64,000 nucleotides of DNA from Amoebidium appalachense. Taxonomy: Eukaryota; Protista; Ichthyosporea. This document shows, piece after piece, positions 1 to 12,821 of the stretch. Below the pieces are notes generated by a model, which was given only the letters and a program-made list of their open reading frames with translations, did not search any database and had not been told where the DNA came from. Where the stretch lies: positions 1 through 64,000 of the forward strand of contig CAVNZM010000023.1 in NCBI GenBank assembly GCA_963693365.1. Direction: 5' to 3'. A program made the position numbers and the translations under genes. Position 1 is the first letter of the stretch. Every line of letters starts with the position of its first letter.

Positions 1-451
1 CGTGTGTTGATGTGCTTGATGTGCTGAAGTGTCAATTACGTTACAGCGGCTGATCATAGTTTCCACATGGACCGTCAAAAAGTATCGCTGTGGATCGCTG
101 TTTGTACACATTTCTTTTTGCCGAAATATATCCTCGTCCCCTTAGTGCACCACATTTTTCTCACCAGTTTGTTGTTACCTCCTCGATAGGTGCTTGTTGG
201 CAAGTTCTAATCCCAACCTTTGTGCCTATAGAGAGCCATGGAAGCAGTCGTGATCGAGAGCGAGCGGAACCAAGTGAGACAAGGTTTGAATGGTATGTGA
301 TTGCCATTACCACCCTTGACAATCATTGCATGTATCCTCATATACGAAAGTTGCACTCAAAACCCTTGTTCATGTGCTGCCAGTAGTTAGACTCTTCGCC
401 CTTTCAAATTGCCGTCTCAGTGTCACGGTCCGCGCATTATCCCCCCCCCCC

Positions 452-2207
452 TGTTGGAAGTAGAGTCCGCTGTGACTAGGGTCGTCGTGGCGCGCTTGGG
501 CGCTGACCCGTTTTTTACTGCTTTCAGTGTGTTAACTCCATGACTGAACTCCATGACTGAACTCCATGACTGAACTCCATGACTGAACTCCATTTTTGAA
601 CTCCATTTCTGCACCTGGCAGAGCCGTGGTTTATATACCCGTGGGGCAGCAGTCTGGAATGTAATCCGGATGCCAGGCGCTAATCGGATTGGTTACTTTC
701 ATTTAGAGATCTCTGGGACCAGTGAACCAATCGTTTGCAGTCAAAACACAATTGGCAACATTCCTCAACTATGCAGATGTGCATGTGGTGATCGAGTGTC
801 AGCGTGTGTCTGTGTACACGGAACCAATTGTAAAGCTAACATACACATATTGTGGAGTGAGCGTAAGTCTGCACTCCAACACCCCTACCCAATTGGAGAA
901 GTGTACACACCACTAGAGAAGAGAGAGTGAGTGTGGCTGCTTGCAGGGTAGACCGGGGTGTGCATTCCACTGTGGTGCGTGCCCCGCCAATGAAGTGGAA
1001 TACTTGACGTTGATGTCGCAGGCTGCTGCGGATGGAGTTTGTGGAAGCGAAAGTCTCTAATGAAGTTAGAGGCCGCGGTGTCGTGTCTGGGCCCATAACC
1101 CTGTTGGAAGTAGAGTCCGCTGTGACTAGGGTCGTCGTGGCGCGCTTGGGCGCTGACCCGTTTTTTACTGCTTTCAGTGTGTTAACTCCATGACTGAACT
1201 CCATGACTGAACTCCATGACTGAACTCCATGTCTGAACTCCATGTCTGAACTCCATGACTGAACTCCATGACTGAACTCCATTTCTGCACCTGGCAGAGC
1301 CGTGGCTTATATACCCGTGGGGCAGCAGTCTGGAATGTAATCCGGATGCCAGGCGCTAATCGGATTGGTTACTTTCATTTAGAGATCTCTGGGACCAGTG
1401 AACCAATCGTTTGCAGTCAAAACACAATTGGCAACATTCCTCAACTATGCAGATGTGCATGTGGTGATCGAGTGTCAGCGTGTGTCTGTGTACACGGAAC
1501 CAATTGTAAAGCTAACATACACATATTGTGGAGTGAGCGTAAGTCTGCACTCCAACACCCCTACCCAATTGGAGAAGTGTACACACCACTAGAGAAGAGA
1601 GAGTGAGTGTGGCTGCTTGCAGGGTAGACCGGGGTGTGCATTCCACTGTGGTGCGTGCCCCGCCAATGAAGTGGAATACTTGACGTTGATGTCGCAGGCT
1701 GCTGCGGATGGAGTTTGTGGAAGCGAAAGTCTCTAATGAAGTTAGAGGCCGCGGTGTCGTGTCTGGGCCCATAACCCTGTTGGAAGTAGAGTCCGCTGTG
1801 ACTAGGGTCGTCGTGGCGCGCTTGGGCGCTGACCCGTTTTTTACTGCTTTCAGTGTGTTAACTCCATGACTGAACTCCATGACTGAACTCCATGACTGAA
1901 CTCCATGACTGAACTCCATTTTTGAACTCCATTTCTGCACCTGGCAGAGCCGTGGTTTATATACCCGTGGGGCAGCAGTCTGGAATGTAATCCGGATGCC
2001 AGGCGCTAATCGGATTGGTTACTTTCATTTAGAGATCTCTGGGACCAGTGAACCAATCGTTTGCAGTCAAAACACAATTGGCAACATTCCTCAACTATGC
2101 AGATGTGCATGTGGTGATCGAGTGTCAGCGTGTGTCTGTGTACACGGAACCAATTGTAAAGCTAACATACACATATTGTGGAGTGAGCGTAAGTCTGCAC
2201 TCCAACA
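452..2207 (-). mobile_element. Tandem non-autonomous LTR retrotransposon (TRIM), LTR-I-LTR-I-LTR, copia-type primer site
   Basis: Three LTRs (452-881, 1102-1557, 1778-2207) are each bounded by TGTTGGA...TCCAACA and separated by two 220-bp internal segments. On the minus strand the PBS GGTTATGGGCCCAG (1087-1100, 1763-1776) lies 1 nt after the LTR and a purine tract GGGTAGGGG precedes the next LTR. The element sits in a poly-C tract and has no coding capacity. Confidence 0.9.
534..610. repeat. 13-bp tandem repeat (AACTCCATGACTG) inside each TRIM LTR
   Basis: Visible in all three LTRs. The middle LTR is 26 bp (2 units) longer, 456 vs 430 bp. Confidence 0.85.
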
Positions 2208-2218
2208 CCCCCCCCCCA

Positions 2219-2254
<36 letters not shown>

Positions 2255-2593
2255 ATGCTGTTGTTTTGTACGGGTCTAAGGGAGCAGAGTGCACAGAGGT
2301 GTCATGTAAAACACGACTAACACATTAATGAGAGGGCAATCGGAGTTGTTCACGAGACATTGAAAGATTCAAACAACAACTGATTCTTTATTGTGCTCTC
2401 GGTTCCTTTTGTACTTGCGACTTATCACCTTATCACAACTAAAGAGGGAGAACCAATCGGTTCTATCAGAAGATAGAAAAACACATTCCGACAGAGCATA
2501 CGCATTCCAACTTCCGATTAAACTAAAGTTTAAGAACTCTTACTTAAATAAATTAAATAATTCAGTGTGTGTGTGTGTGTGTGTGTGTGAGTG

Positions 2594-2680
<87 letters not shown>

Positions 2681-2921
2681 CACGGTGTGTGTGTGTGTGT
2701 GTGTGGAGAATGAAGCAAGAGAATAGTTAGAACAACACTGAAATATAATGATCAGAATAAACACAATGTTTGGGTTCTGACTAACCCCCCCCCCCCCCCC
2801 GGCGACCCCATACCATCCCCCCCCCCCCCCCCCCAAACCAACCAGTTCAAAGGCTTATTCCTGCCACAAGCTAACACTGACACATTCACAACACTGATTG
2901 TATAAATACGGGCGGACTTAC

Positions 2922-5900
2922 TTGAAACTATGTTGTTATTGACAGGATTGCTGGAATGTAGCTGTGTTGGCTCCTGGAGGGGCTGGGCCGAGGTGAAGGT
3001 GACTGTTTGCTCTCTGGCCGTAGCCGGGGCCGAGCCAGGGGCAAAGCAAGGCACGGGGGCGTAGGTGGTGTAGTGTGCCATTTGCTCGGCGGGTGGGGCA
3101 GGCACGGGGGCGTAGGTGGTGTAGTGGGCCATTTGCTCGGCGGGTGGGGCAGGCACGGGGGCGTAGGTGGTGTAGTGGGCCATTTGCTCGGTGGGTGGGG
3201 CAGGCACGGGGGCGTAGGTGGTGTAGTGGGCCATTTGCTCGGCGGGTGGGGCAGGCACGGGGGCGTAGGTGGTGTAGTGGGCCATTTGCTCGGCGTATGG
3301 GGCAGGCACGGGGGCGTAGCCCACGGCCATTTGCGGGCCGGGTAGGGGTGGCATGGGGTTGTAGCCGACCATTTGCGTCTGCTGTTGTCGGGGCAGCCCA
3401 CCACATCAGCTGATGCAGAGGGTGTGAAGCAGTCAGCATCATGGTAATAAGCTAGTTCTTGCACTCCTTGGTATCCATGCCCCTGGTCTGGCGCACCAAA
3501 GCCTGTTCGGAACAAACCAAAGAGTGTTAGTAGCCCATCACGATACTGTTGGTGGGCTAGACACACACACACACACACCCACCCAATAACCCACAAACAC
3601 ACAGCAAATACACACACATGAACACCTATATTGCTCCCCCCCCCCCCCCCCCCTCCCTCCCCCTCCCCCACATCCCGTAGACACTCCCACACCCACCCAG
3701 CCACCCACAAACACAACAAGCACACACAAAAGAACACCTAAAATGCCCCCCCCCCCCTGTTGTTTTGTGTGGGTAAACGGAGAAGCAGAGAGCACAGATG
3801 GGTGTTATGTTATACACAACACAGAGACACACGGGAGAAACACAACCGGAGAGGTGGAACGATTACTGGGACCATAGGAAATGATCGGCGACTGCTTGAT
3901 ATTTATTTCAAGATGAAGTTCCTTTTATACTCAGGAATGTGAAATCGATAAACCAATCAAAAGAACGAAAACTCTATTTTCCAATCAGAAAGACGAAAAC
4001 TATGAGGGTAAAATAAATCGATCGAAATGCCTGTCGACACATAGAAGATAAAACGCAATCCTCTAATGAAAGTAATCTTCTAATAAAAGTACGGAAACAT
4101 TTAACAAAATGAAACCACTTATGTATCTATTAGTTCACATCGTATATTTATACATGTTCTTAATATAACTGTTGTTTTGTGTGGGTAAACGGAGAAGCAG
4201 AGAGCACAGATGGGTGTTATGTTACACACAACACAGAGACACACGGGAGAAACACAACCGGAGAGGTGGAACGATTCTTGGAACCATAGGAAATGAATAC
4301 GACTGCTTGATATTTATTCCAAGATGAAGTCCCTTTTATACTTGGGAATGTGAAAACGATAAACCAATCAAAAGAACGAAAACTCTATTTTCCAATCAGA
4401 AAGACGAAAACTCTGAGTGTTCTATGAAAACTACTCCGGGACGTGTGTTGCCTCTAGGGGGACATCCCCTTTGACGAAAGTGAACCTGCAATGGTTGTAA
4501 ACCACGGCAGGCCCCCGGTCATCAATTTATTGATCCGTGAGGTCCTTGTGCCCAAAAAACGGGGGAAGTCTTCGCCCCGTGAAAAAACAGCACGTATGTG
4601 GGGATCAATGGGGGTTGAGTGTAGGGTGTAGATGGGTGGGTGAAAAAGAAAATATAGCTGTAAAGCTGTAGGTGCTAAACACAGAAGATGTGTTGTTGCT
4701 TGCTGATCTGCTAAAAACTGTCGTGCTTATATACCTAAGGCTACCGAACTGAGCCAATCAAAACCGATCTAGTGTTATGTGAAATCTGATCCTGAGCCAA
4801 CCAAACTCGGTCTAGTGATCTGTGGAATCTGATGTTTTGATCGGCTAATAGGTGCCCGTATGCGGGCAGCCGAACGCGAACTGCTAAAACATGAAACGAA
4901 GCCTGTTGATATCGGACACCCATCCTACGTGTTTACCCAGAAAAATATTTATGTCAATAATTTCCACAAATAAAACCTCTATGAAAACTACTCCGGGACG
5001 TGTGTTGCCTCTAGGGGGACATCCCCTTGGACGAAAGTGAACCTGCAGTGGTTGTAAACCATGGCACGAGAGCAGTATGCTTGCTCCAAAGGTTTCACTT
5101 AAGAATAGAGGCGAATACACGTGTGGTAGTGGCAGCAATGGAGGCCGGACGAAGTCGGGTATAGATCAGGAAACAGTCGGAGGACCACCTGCCGAGTTGT
5201 TTGATCCGGGAGTCGTCGACCCCGGCCTCAGCCAGTGCTGTGGCCCCCCCGATGCGGAGGCTGTGTCCGGCAAACCGGGAGGGTGAGAGGCCTGCCCGGG
5301 AGAGGAGGGCACGGAAGTCGGCAGAGAAAGCACTCTTGGTGTAGGGGATGCCACCGAGACTGAAGAGGGGGTCGTCGGGTTGACCGGACGTTGTATCCAG
5401 GAACTGCCGGAGGAGATGGGCTGGGGAGAAGTGGGTGAGGGGCAGGGCAGCTAGAGTGACGTTGACACCTCGGGCCTGTACATCCGTCTTAGAGGTTGGC
5501 AGGTGGAGGGTGGCATGGGACAAAGTACCGGTGGGGGTGTAGGTACCGAATTCGACATCGTGGAGGAGTTGTGCGGTGAATGATTGGTCTGGGTAGGAGG
5601 CCAGCAGTTCCCGGAGGCGGGAGGTGTCAATGTGGTGCTGGGGCAGCGGGCGGGCCTCCGGGTCTGAGCCTCGGGGGAAGGGGTGGTTAGCAAGGGTGGG
5701 GCACCCTCGGGGAGATCCCAGCAGCGGGGGGGGGGGGGGGGGAGGGGGGGGGGGGGGGGGCAGCAGGGCCCCGGGGGGTTAGAGTAGGGCAGCTGGGCCT
5801 GAGTGAGGGTTGGCAGGGAGGGCAGCGGGGCCCTGTGCAGGGGAATGTGCCCGAACACGCGGGGGTGTGGGCGGACACAGAGGTAGAAGAAGGGGGGAGG

Positions 5901-8900
5901 GAGTGCTAGGTGAGTGTAAGGGAGGCTCGTGGGATGGGGGGGGAGTAAAATTATGTGCAGTGGCCAGCCTGAGAATAAACGTCTTTGTGTAGGGACATTT
6001 ATTCTTGACGCGCGCGGGCGCCGTAGTTGGCCTGCGAAATTTTGTACTCAGCCCTATTGGCCCGTTCTCCCGAGCTCCGTTTCCCTGTACTCGTGTGTCC
6101 TAGCTCCTAACCCCTATGTTCTAGCTGTGTGTGTGGGTGTGCGCGTAGACTAGGCATTGTGCTTGCAGTCTTTGCGGGGGTGTGTGCCAGAGCAGACATC
6201 AGAGCGGGCACACGTGGGAGAAGGGGCAGGGCTGCTTAGCGCAGGACCGACCGTTAATGTGGAAATTCCTGCAGTGCGTCGCGGGTAGATCCACGGGTCG
6301 GGCCGGTTTTGCCGGGCCGGGTTGCGGGCCAGGGCGGTTAGGGGTTTGACCCCCGCCGGGCTTGTGGGGCGGCTTAAAGCCGTCAAGACCACAGCCGGGC
6401 TTGGGGTACATGGGGCAGGCCACGCTGGGGTGGTCGGGGAAGCCACAGCGCTGACATGCGTCCGGGATGAGCAGAGTGGGTGGCAGGAGGAGATCCTGGT
6501 GGAGTTGGGCGAGCAGGTTGGGACACTCGATCGGAGCCCGACCCTGCTGGTGGGCAACGGTTCGGGCGTATACGTCATAGTTGTGGATCTGGGCCCACGG
6601 GTATCGGGTGCTGAGGCGAGTGATGTGCTGAGTCCAAAGTACGTCTTTGTCCGTGGGGAGGCCGAGGTGGTGCTTGGCGGCCATGTAATGGGTCCAAGCT
6701 TGGATCCAAATGACGAGTGAACGCAGGGGAACGGGTTTGTCTTGGCGAAAAGTCTCGATGCTGCCGTGGTCGGCCATGCGCAGATGCTGACCTTTCTTGG
6801 ATGGGGCCAGGAGGGCGGCGGGGGTGAACTTATACAGGTCGACGAAACGATTGGCGCGCAAATCTGCCAGCACATCCGCGGGGGGAAGTGGGAGTGTGCT
6901 CGGCTGAATGTCGCCAGTGTTCTCACCTGTGATGGGGGGCGCGGGCAGGGCAGGTAGGTCTAGGTCAGGGCCGAGATGCAGCCCCGGGGAAACCTCCCCG
7001 GGTGCGGAGGGCCCGGCGGGGGGCGCGGGAGGGTCGCGGTTGGTGAGAGCAGCCAGGACGCCAGCCATCTGGGTGCTGATGGCGGTGAGGGCGGCAAGGA
7101 CGGCGTCTTGAGAAGTCATCCGCGGGGACGGCGGGGCTTTTGGATTTTGTCCTGGTGCAGAGACTAGCGATCTTGCTAGCCTTGAGATCACAACCTAACC
7201 ACTGCCGATGGTTGTGATGACGCCAGTAAAGGCGTGCTGGCTTTTACCCCAGCGAGAAGAGGATGAGAAAAAGATGATCCCGACGGGATTTGAACCCGCG
7301 ACCCCTCTATCTCCGGTCGAGTGCTCTACCAACTGAGCTACGAGATCGGTTAAGATCTCGCAGGCCACCAGCCGATCATGATCTGATTCATGCGATCGGA
7401 CTGGATAACGATACCATCTTCCAACATCCCCACTCAGGACGAATCGCAGAATCAGGTTAGGGTGGACTGCCCCCTCAGTCCCCACTGAACCTCTGTTCAT
7501 GCTACCATTTTGGATTTTGTCCTGGTGCAGAGACTAGCGATCTTGCTAGCCTTGAGATCACAACCTAACCACTGCCGATGGTTGTGATGACGCCAGTAAA
7601 GGCGTGCTGGCTTTTACCCCAGCGAGAAGAGGATGAGAAAAAGATGATCCCGACGGGATTTGAACCCGCGACCCCTCTATCTCCGGTCGAGTGCTCTACC
7701 AACTGAGCTACGAGATCGGTTAAGATCTCGCAGGCCACCAGCCGATCATGATCTGATTCATGCGATCGGACTGGATAACGATACCATCTTCCAACAGGGG
7801 CCTGAGGGGGGACTTCAGGAGGGGAGGGGAGACTAGCCGGCGGGTCCGGGTCCGTGGTGGTATGGGCCGCTGGAGGTGCGTCAGTGTCCGCGGGAGCGTT
7901 GGTCAGCCTGTGGCGGAGGTCGCTGCGGGTCAGGCGCTTAGGTGCCGCGGCAGGGGCGGTGGCTGAGGCCTGGCGCTTTTTCGGCGGCATGCTGACCGGC
8001 GTAGGGACAGATAGGGAGAGTGAAAAAGAAAATATAGCTGTAAAGCTGTAGGTGCTAGACACAGAAGATGTGTTGTTGCTTGCTGATCTGCTAAAAACTG
8101 TCGTGCTTATATACCTAAGGCTACCGAACTGAGCCAATCAAAACCGATCTAGTGTTATGTGAAATCTGATCCTGAGCCAACCAAACTCGGTCTAGTGATC
8201 TGTGGAATCTGATGTTTTGATCGGCTAATAGGTGCCCGTATGCGGGCAGCCGAACGCGAACTGCTAAAACATGAAACGAAGCCTGTTGATATCGGACACC
8301 CATCCTACGTGTTTACCCAGAAAAATATTTATGTCAATAATTTCCACAAATAAAACCAAAATACTAATGATATCGATCGAAATGTCTGTCGACACATAGA
8401 ATATAAAATGCAATCCTCTAATGAAAGAAACTTCTAATAAAAGCACGGAAACATTTAACAAAATGAAACCACTTATGTAACTATTAGTTCACATCATACA
8501 TTTATACATGTTCTTAACATAACACGTCTAAATATAATTATTCCTAATTGTTGGAGAACATAGCACAATGCTACGTCGTGAGAAAGGAAGGGAAAGGAAT
8601 GGGAAAGGAATGCAGGTTACTATATTTGGGGAAATACAAACGAGATCTAATTGGACGACATATTTAGATATTGACACAAACGACAATACGTGTGCGCGAG
8701 CTAAATATCTCGATATGTACAGAGATCTAAGATATCGGTGTACACGGAAACAGAAAGGAAAGAAAGAAAGAAAGGAAAAGGAAAAGGAAACAAACTACAA
8801 CAAACTAATAAAAAAATACAAAACTCAACTTCTAAGTCTTGCCGTTAATCATGGGAAGATGACAATAACACGTCTAAATATAAGTGAATTCCTAATAGTT

Positions 8901-9237
8901 GGGGAACATAGAACAATGCTACGTCGTGGGAAAAGAAGGAAAAGGAATGGGAAAGGAATCGAATAGAATTAATGAGGAATGTAGGTTACTATATTTGGGA
9001 AAATACAACGAGATCTGATTGGACGACATATTTAGACATTGACACAAACGACAATACGTGTGCGCGGGCTAAATATCTCGATGTGTACACAGATCTAAGA
9101 TATCGGTGCACACGGAAACAGAAAGGAAAGAAAGAAAGGAAGAAAGGAAAAGGGAAAAGGAAACAAACTACAACAAACTAATAAACATATATAAAAACTC
9201 AACTTCTAAGTCTTGCCGTTAATCATGGGAAGATGAC

Positions 9238-9268
<31 letters not shown>

Positions 9269-10049
9269 ACACCACCACCACCACCACCACCACCACCACC
9301 ACCACAACAACAACAACCACCACCACCAACTCCCACCCCCTAATAACAATCCCACATCCACCGACCCACACACATTACCCCTAATTCATTATCATTACGA
9401 AACATAGGGTTACTTACACTTCACTCACTACCTATATACCACTTTTACCTTACTCATCCCCCCACCCACACACCACATTTCACCCATCACCCACCAACCA
9501 AGCTGCCCCTTCCCCCCCCCCCCTCCCCCCCCCCCCCCCCCTCCACACCTCCCGAGGAACTACACATGACAGGACTATGCATACACAACATGTAAATATG
9601 TGCACAGGTAGAGGTGTTTTGTGTGTGTGTAAAGGCGACTCACTAGGGTGTTCGTTAGCAATAAAGTTTTCAGGGTAGCTGTGTCTGTCCATGCCATGAT
9701 GAATGTAGTTGGCCTGGGGAGGCTCGGGCACTGATGTGTGGCTTCCCGAGGACGAATGCCCTCCAGAACTGCTGTAGGGTTGCAAACGTGCACCTGGGGA
9801 ACAGTGTTAACAATGCTCATTGTTCCTCAAAGTATCTATCTTCATTGTAACCCTTACTCTCCTTACAGGAACTTAGCCAGTTGCTCACGACCAGCGACCA
9901 AAAACAGCATGTTGGCGGTGGTGTCAACTTGTGCATGTATGTGTGAGCGAAGGTGCGGGTATGGCTATGTCAAAGAGTGTGGGGGCGTTTTTTGTGTTTT
10001 CCCTTTCCCTTTTCTTTCTTTTTTCTTTTCTTTTCTTTCTTTCTTTTTT

Positions 10050-10080
<31 letters not shown>

Positions 10081-10656
10081 GGGGGAGAAGTGGGGGGGAG
10101 GGGGGGGGGGGGGGGGGGGGGGTCAATGAAGCACCAGTCAAGATGAAGATGAGAATGATGAGAAAAAAACATGTTGGGAGGCACGGGGGTGGGGAGGCGG
10201 AAGGGGAGGGGAGGGGAGGGGAAGGGAGGGGAGGGGAGGCAGGGGGGGGGGTGGGTTCGAATACCTTGACCAGGTCTTTGTGTTGGAGTATAAGCAGTGT
10301 ATTGCCGGTCTGGCACCCAGGGGTGTGCTGGAGACATAACCTCTGGTTAGAACCCATGTACATATGAAATACAAATTCAAACAGCAACCAATTAGACAGA
10401 CATTATGTAAAAAGAGATGTGGGCACAAGGGGCACCCCGCCCTCCCGTCTTTCTGCTGTACTTTCGCCCCTCCCTATCCTTCTTCTTCCCCCCCCCCCCC
10501 CCCCCCCCCCCCCCTGGGGTGTCCCTTCTCCCTTCCCCGTCCCCGGCCTCTTTTCTGCAAGACACATATACTTTATATACACAAAGAGATACTATCAGTA
10601 CTATGTCCCCGGAACAGATTACCGTACGTTAACAGATGCACATACTATTATGCCTT

Positions 10657-10687
<31 letters not shown>

Positions 10688-12773
10688 CTTACCCCTGCCC
10701 CCCCCCCCTCCCCCTTCCCCCCCGCCCCGCCTCCCCACACACACACACTTTTGTGGGTCACAAGAGGCATATATATTACAATCTATGGCAGAACAGGCAA
10801 ACACCAAGACCCCAACTGATTATGCAGATATATAAAAAATGAGATACCGAGAAACCCATGAACAAGCAGTTGCTTTTTCAATGCTCCAGAGGAGTACGGG
10901 AAGAGTGGGGATTGGAAATCACTTGATAAACCGCAGCACGGTTTTTCTGACTTTTGCTTCTTTGACCAACGTGGGGCACACACATACACCTCACTACATC
11001 CTCCTTCTTACGTTAAGCTCTTTCCTTCCCATCCTGCACTGTGATGACTCTCTCTCTCTCCGTAAACCCATACACGGCAAAAGTTACAGCTTCTCTTCTA
11101 GCCTCCTTGGCCTCCTATCACAAACAAGCAGCATAACACTACAACAACACAAACGCACGCACCCACTGTTCATGTCTTCCCCCCCCCCCCCCCCCCACCG
11201 CCCCACAAACACACAGCACAACAATTCAAAACAAAGAACCCACCGTTCCCCCTCCCCCCCCCCCCCCCCCCCCCCGGGCCCTTACTAGCCTAGGCCTTGT
11301 ACCCCAGCTATCCCGCACACAGCTATCCCCCAAAGCGCGCCGACACACTCGCACACAAAAACACGTACGCACCACACTTCATACTTAACAACAGCCACAC
11401 CAGACCAAACCCCCCCCCCCCCCCTCCCCTCCCTCCCATCCTACACCCCCCTCCAACCACGAAGGAAAAAGAAGCCCCACCGTTACACATCCCCATATTT
11501 AGAAAACCCCGCCTCCTCTCTTCCTAACCTCTTTCAATCCTACGGCACCACCTCCCCCCCCCCTCCCCCCTCCTCCTTCAACCCCACACAGCCCATGTCT
11601 CCCCTCCTCCTACTCATGTCCCACATCCCTCACTATTACCCCGTGCCCTACACCCATTTCAACCTCCTTCCCCCCCACAAAACCAGTCCAGTACCTGTTA
11701 GGTCATAATGGGGCTGCCCTTGTGCCTCGACAGCACAAGAAGTTGGCCAGGCAGCGGAAGGCCACGCATTGGTAGGCCGGCCACCTACAGTCACGGGAGA
11801 GAGGTAAGCGAGGGACGAAAGGAAATGGGAAACGAACATAGTCGGAAAGTAAAGTTCCAAACGCACCGGAAACAGTCACCATTCCACAGGCGGTTGGTGC
11901 GTGTGCGGTCGAAGCCACGCCAAGCAGAACAAGGAAGAGCCTTGGATTTGTATTGTCTGTGTGCATTCAACCGTTGACGGTTACAAAAAAAGGCGCGGAG
12001 GGAACCGAAGGAAAAGGCGAGGAAAAGGCGTGGAGTGTGAGGCTGAAAAGGCGCGGAGGGAAGCGAAGTTTTTCACGGCAAAAAAGACTTTGGCGCCAAC
12101 AACAGGGAACACATCAGGCACTCGCAAAGACAACAGGAACGCAAAAAGGCGAGAATACGCGTTCATGATTGGCACGTGATCGTCAAGGGAAAAGAAGAGA
12201 TGGGCAAAAGAGGAATTCAAGGGTTTCATTGGAGGGTGTGTCACAGCCAATCAACAAGAAAAAGCATACATGTGGGACCCCCCAAACCCCCGTCTCTCTA
12301 GATTATACTGGATAGAGATCTATGGATAGGAGAGGTATGGTCAACCCCCCCCCCCCCCCCCCCCCCAACAATAAGTATTGGCTTGGTTTGAGAAGAGGCT
12401 CTACGTAGGTTCCACACTTTGTGTGTGTGCATTAGGTGTTCCTGGGCATGGTGACTTTAAATTTGTACTGTGTACCACACTATAGTACAACACGCACATG
12501 TTGCCCTCAGGCTGAGCTACTGAACTCAATGTCATTCATCTCTCTTCCCCCCTCCCCCCCCCCCCCCCCCGGGGGCCTGTAACACACACACACACATACG
12601 CACACGTGCACATCACATAGACATACACACACATACACACACACACACTCACACTCACACTCACACTCACACGCACGGAGTCTCAGAGAATTACGCCCCT
12701 CCTCTTCTTCTACATCGAAACACCATGGGCCCTGTTCTTTCTCAATTTTGTGGACTATGCTTTTCCATTCCAC

Positions 12774-12821
<48 letters not shown>

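Larger units (their letters stand above)
7138..7796 (-). mobile_element. TRIM with tRNA-like gene in each LTR (Helenus/Cassandra-like architecture)
   Basis: Two apparently identical 289-bp LTRs (7138-7426, 7508-7796) flank an 81-bp internal region. PBS TGGTAGCA (7500-7507), PPT GAGTGGGGA, and 5-bp TSD GGGGC (7133-7137, 7797-7801). Confidence 0.9.
6199..7990 (-). pseudogene. Gag-like ORF of the Ngaro element, interrupted by TRIM insertion
   Basis: Starts MPPKKRQ at 7990. Removing 7138-7801 restores the frame (PQAP|PSPRM, about 375 aa). It has a CCHC knuckle CQRCGFPDHPSVAC and a CCCH finger CRNFHINGRSCAKQPCPFSHVC. Confidence 0.8.
4421..8357 (-). mobile_element. Ngaro/PAT-type DIRS-order (tyrosine recombinase) retrotransposon, internally deleted
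   Basis: Split direct repeats run in A1...B1-A2-B2 order on the minus strand: A1 8020-8357, B1 4978-5066, A2 4640-4977, B2 4421-4509. A gag-like ORF and a YR C-terminus are present; RT/RNase H motifs are absent. Confidence 0.85.
3758..8524. repeat. LTR-like ~410-bp repeat, two adjacent copies; the second is split by the Ngaro element
   Basis: Copy 1 is 3758-4169. Copy 2 is 4170-4420 plus about 8358-8524, beginning TGTTG and ending TAACA. A diverged partial copy lies at about 2259-2540. Confidence 0.6.

Noticed and set aside
423-2328. Repeated short ORFs (MPGANRIG..., MEFSHGVQ...)
   Set aside because: Incidental frames in non-coding TRIM LTRs.
7275-7347. Functional tRNA-Ser(GGA)
   Set aside because: It lacks the long variable arm of Ser tRNAs, has C33 and a stem mismatch, and is part of an LTR.
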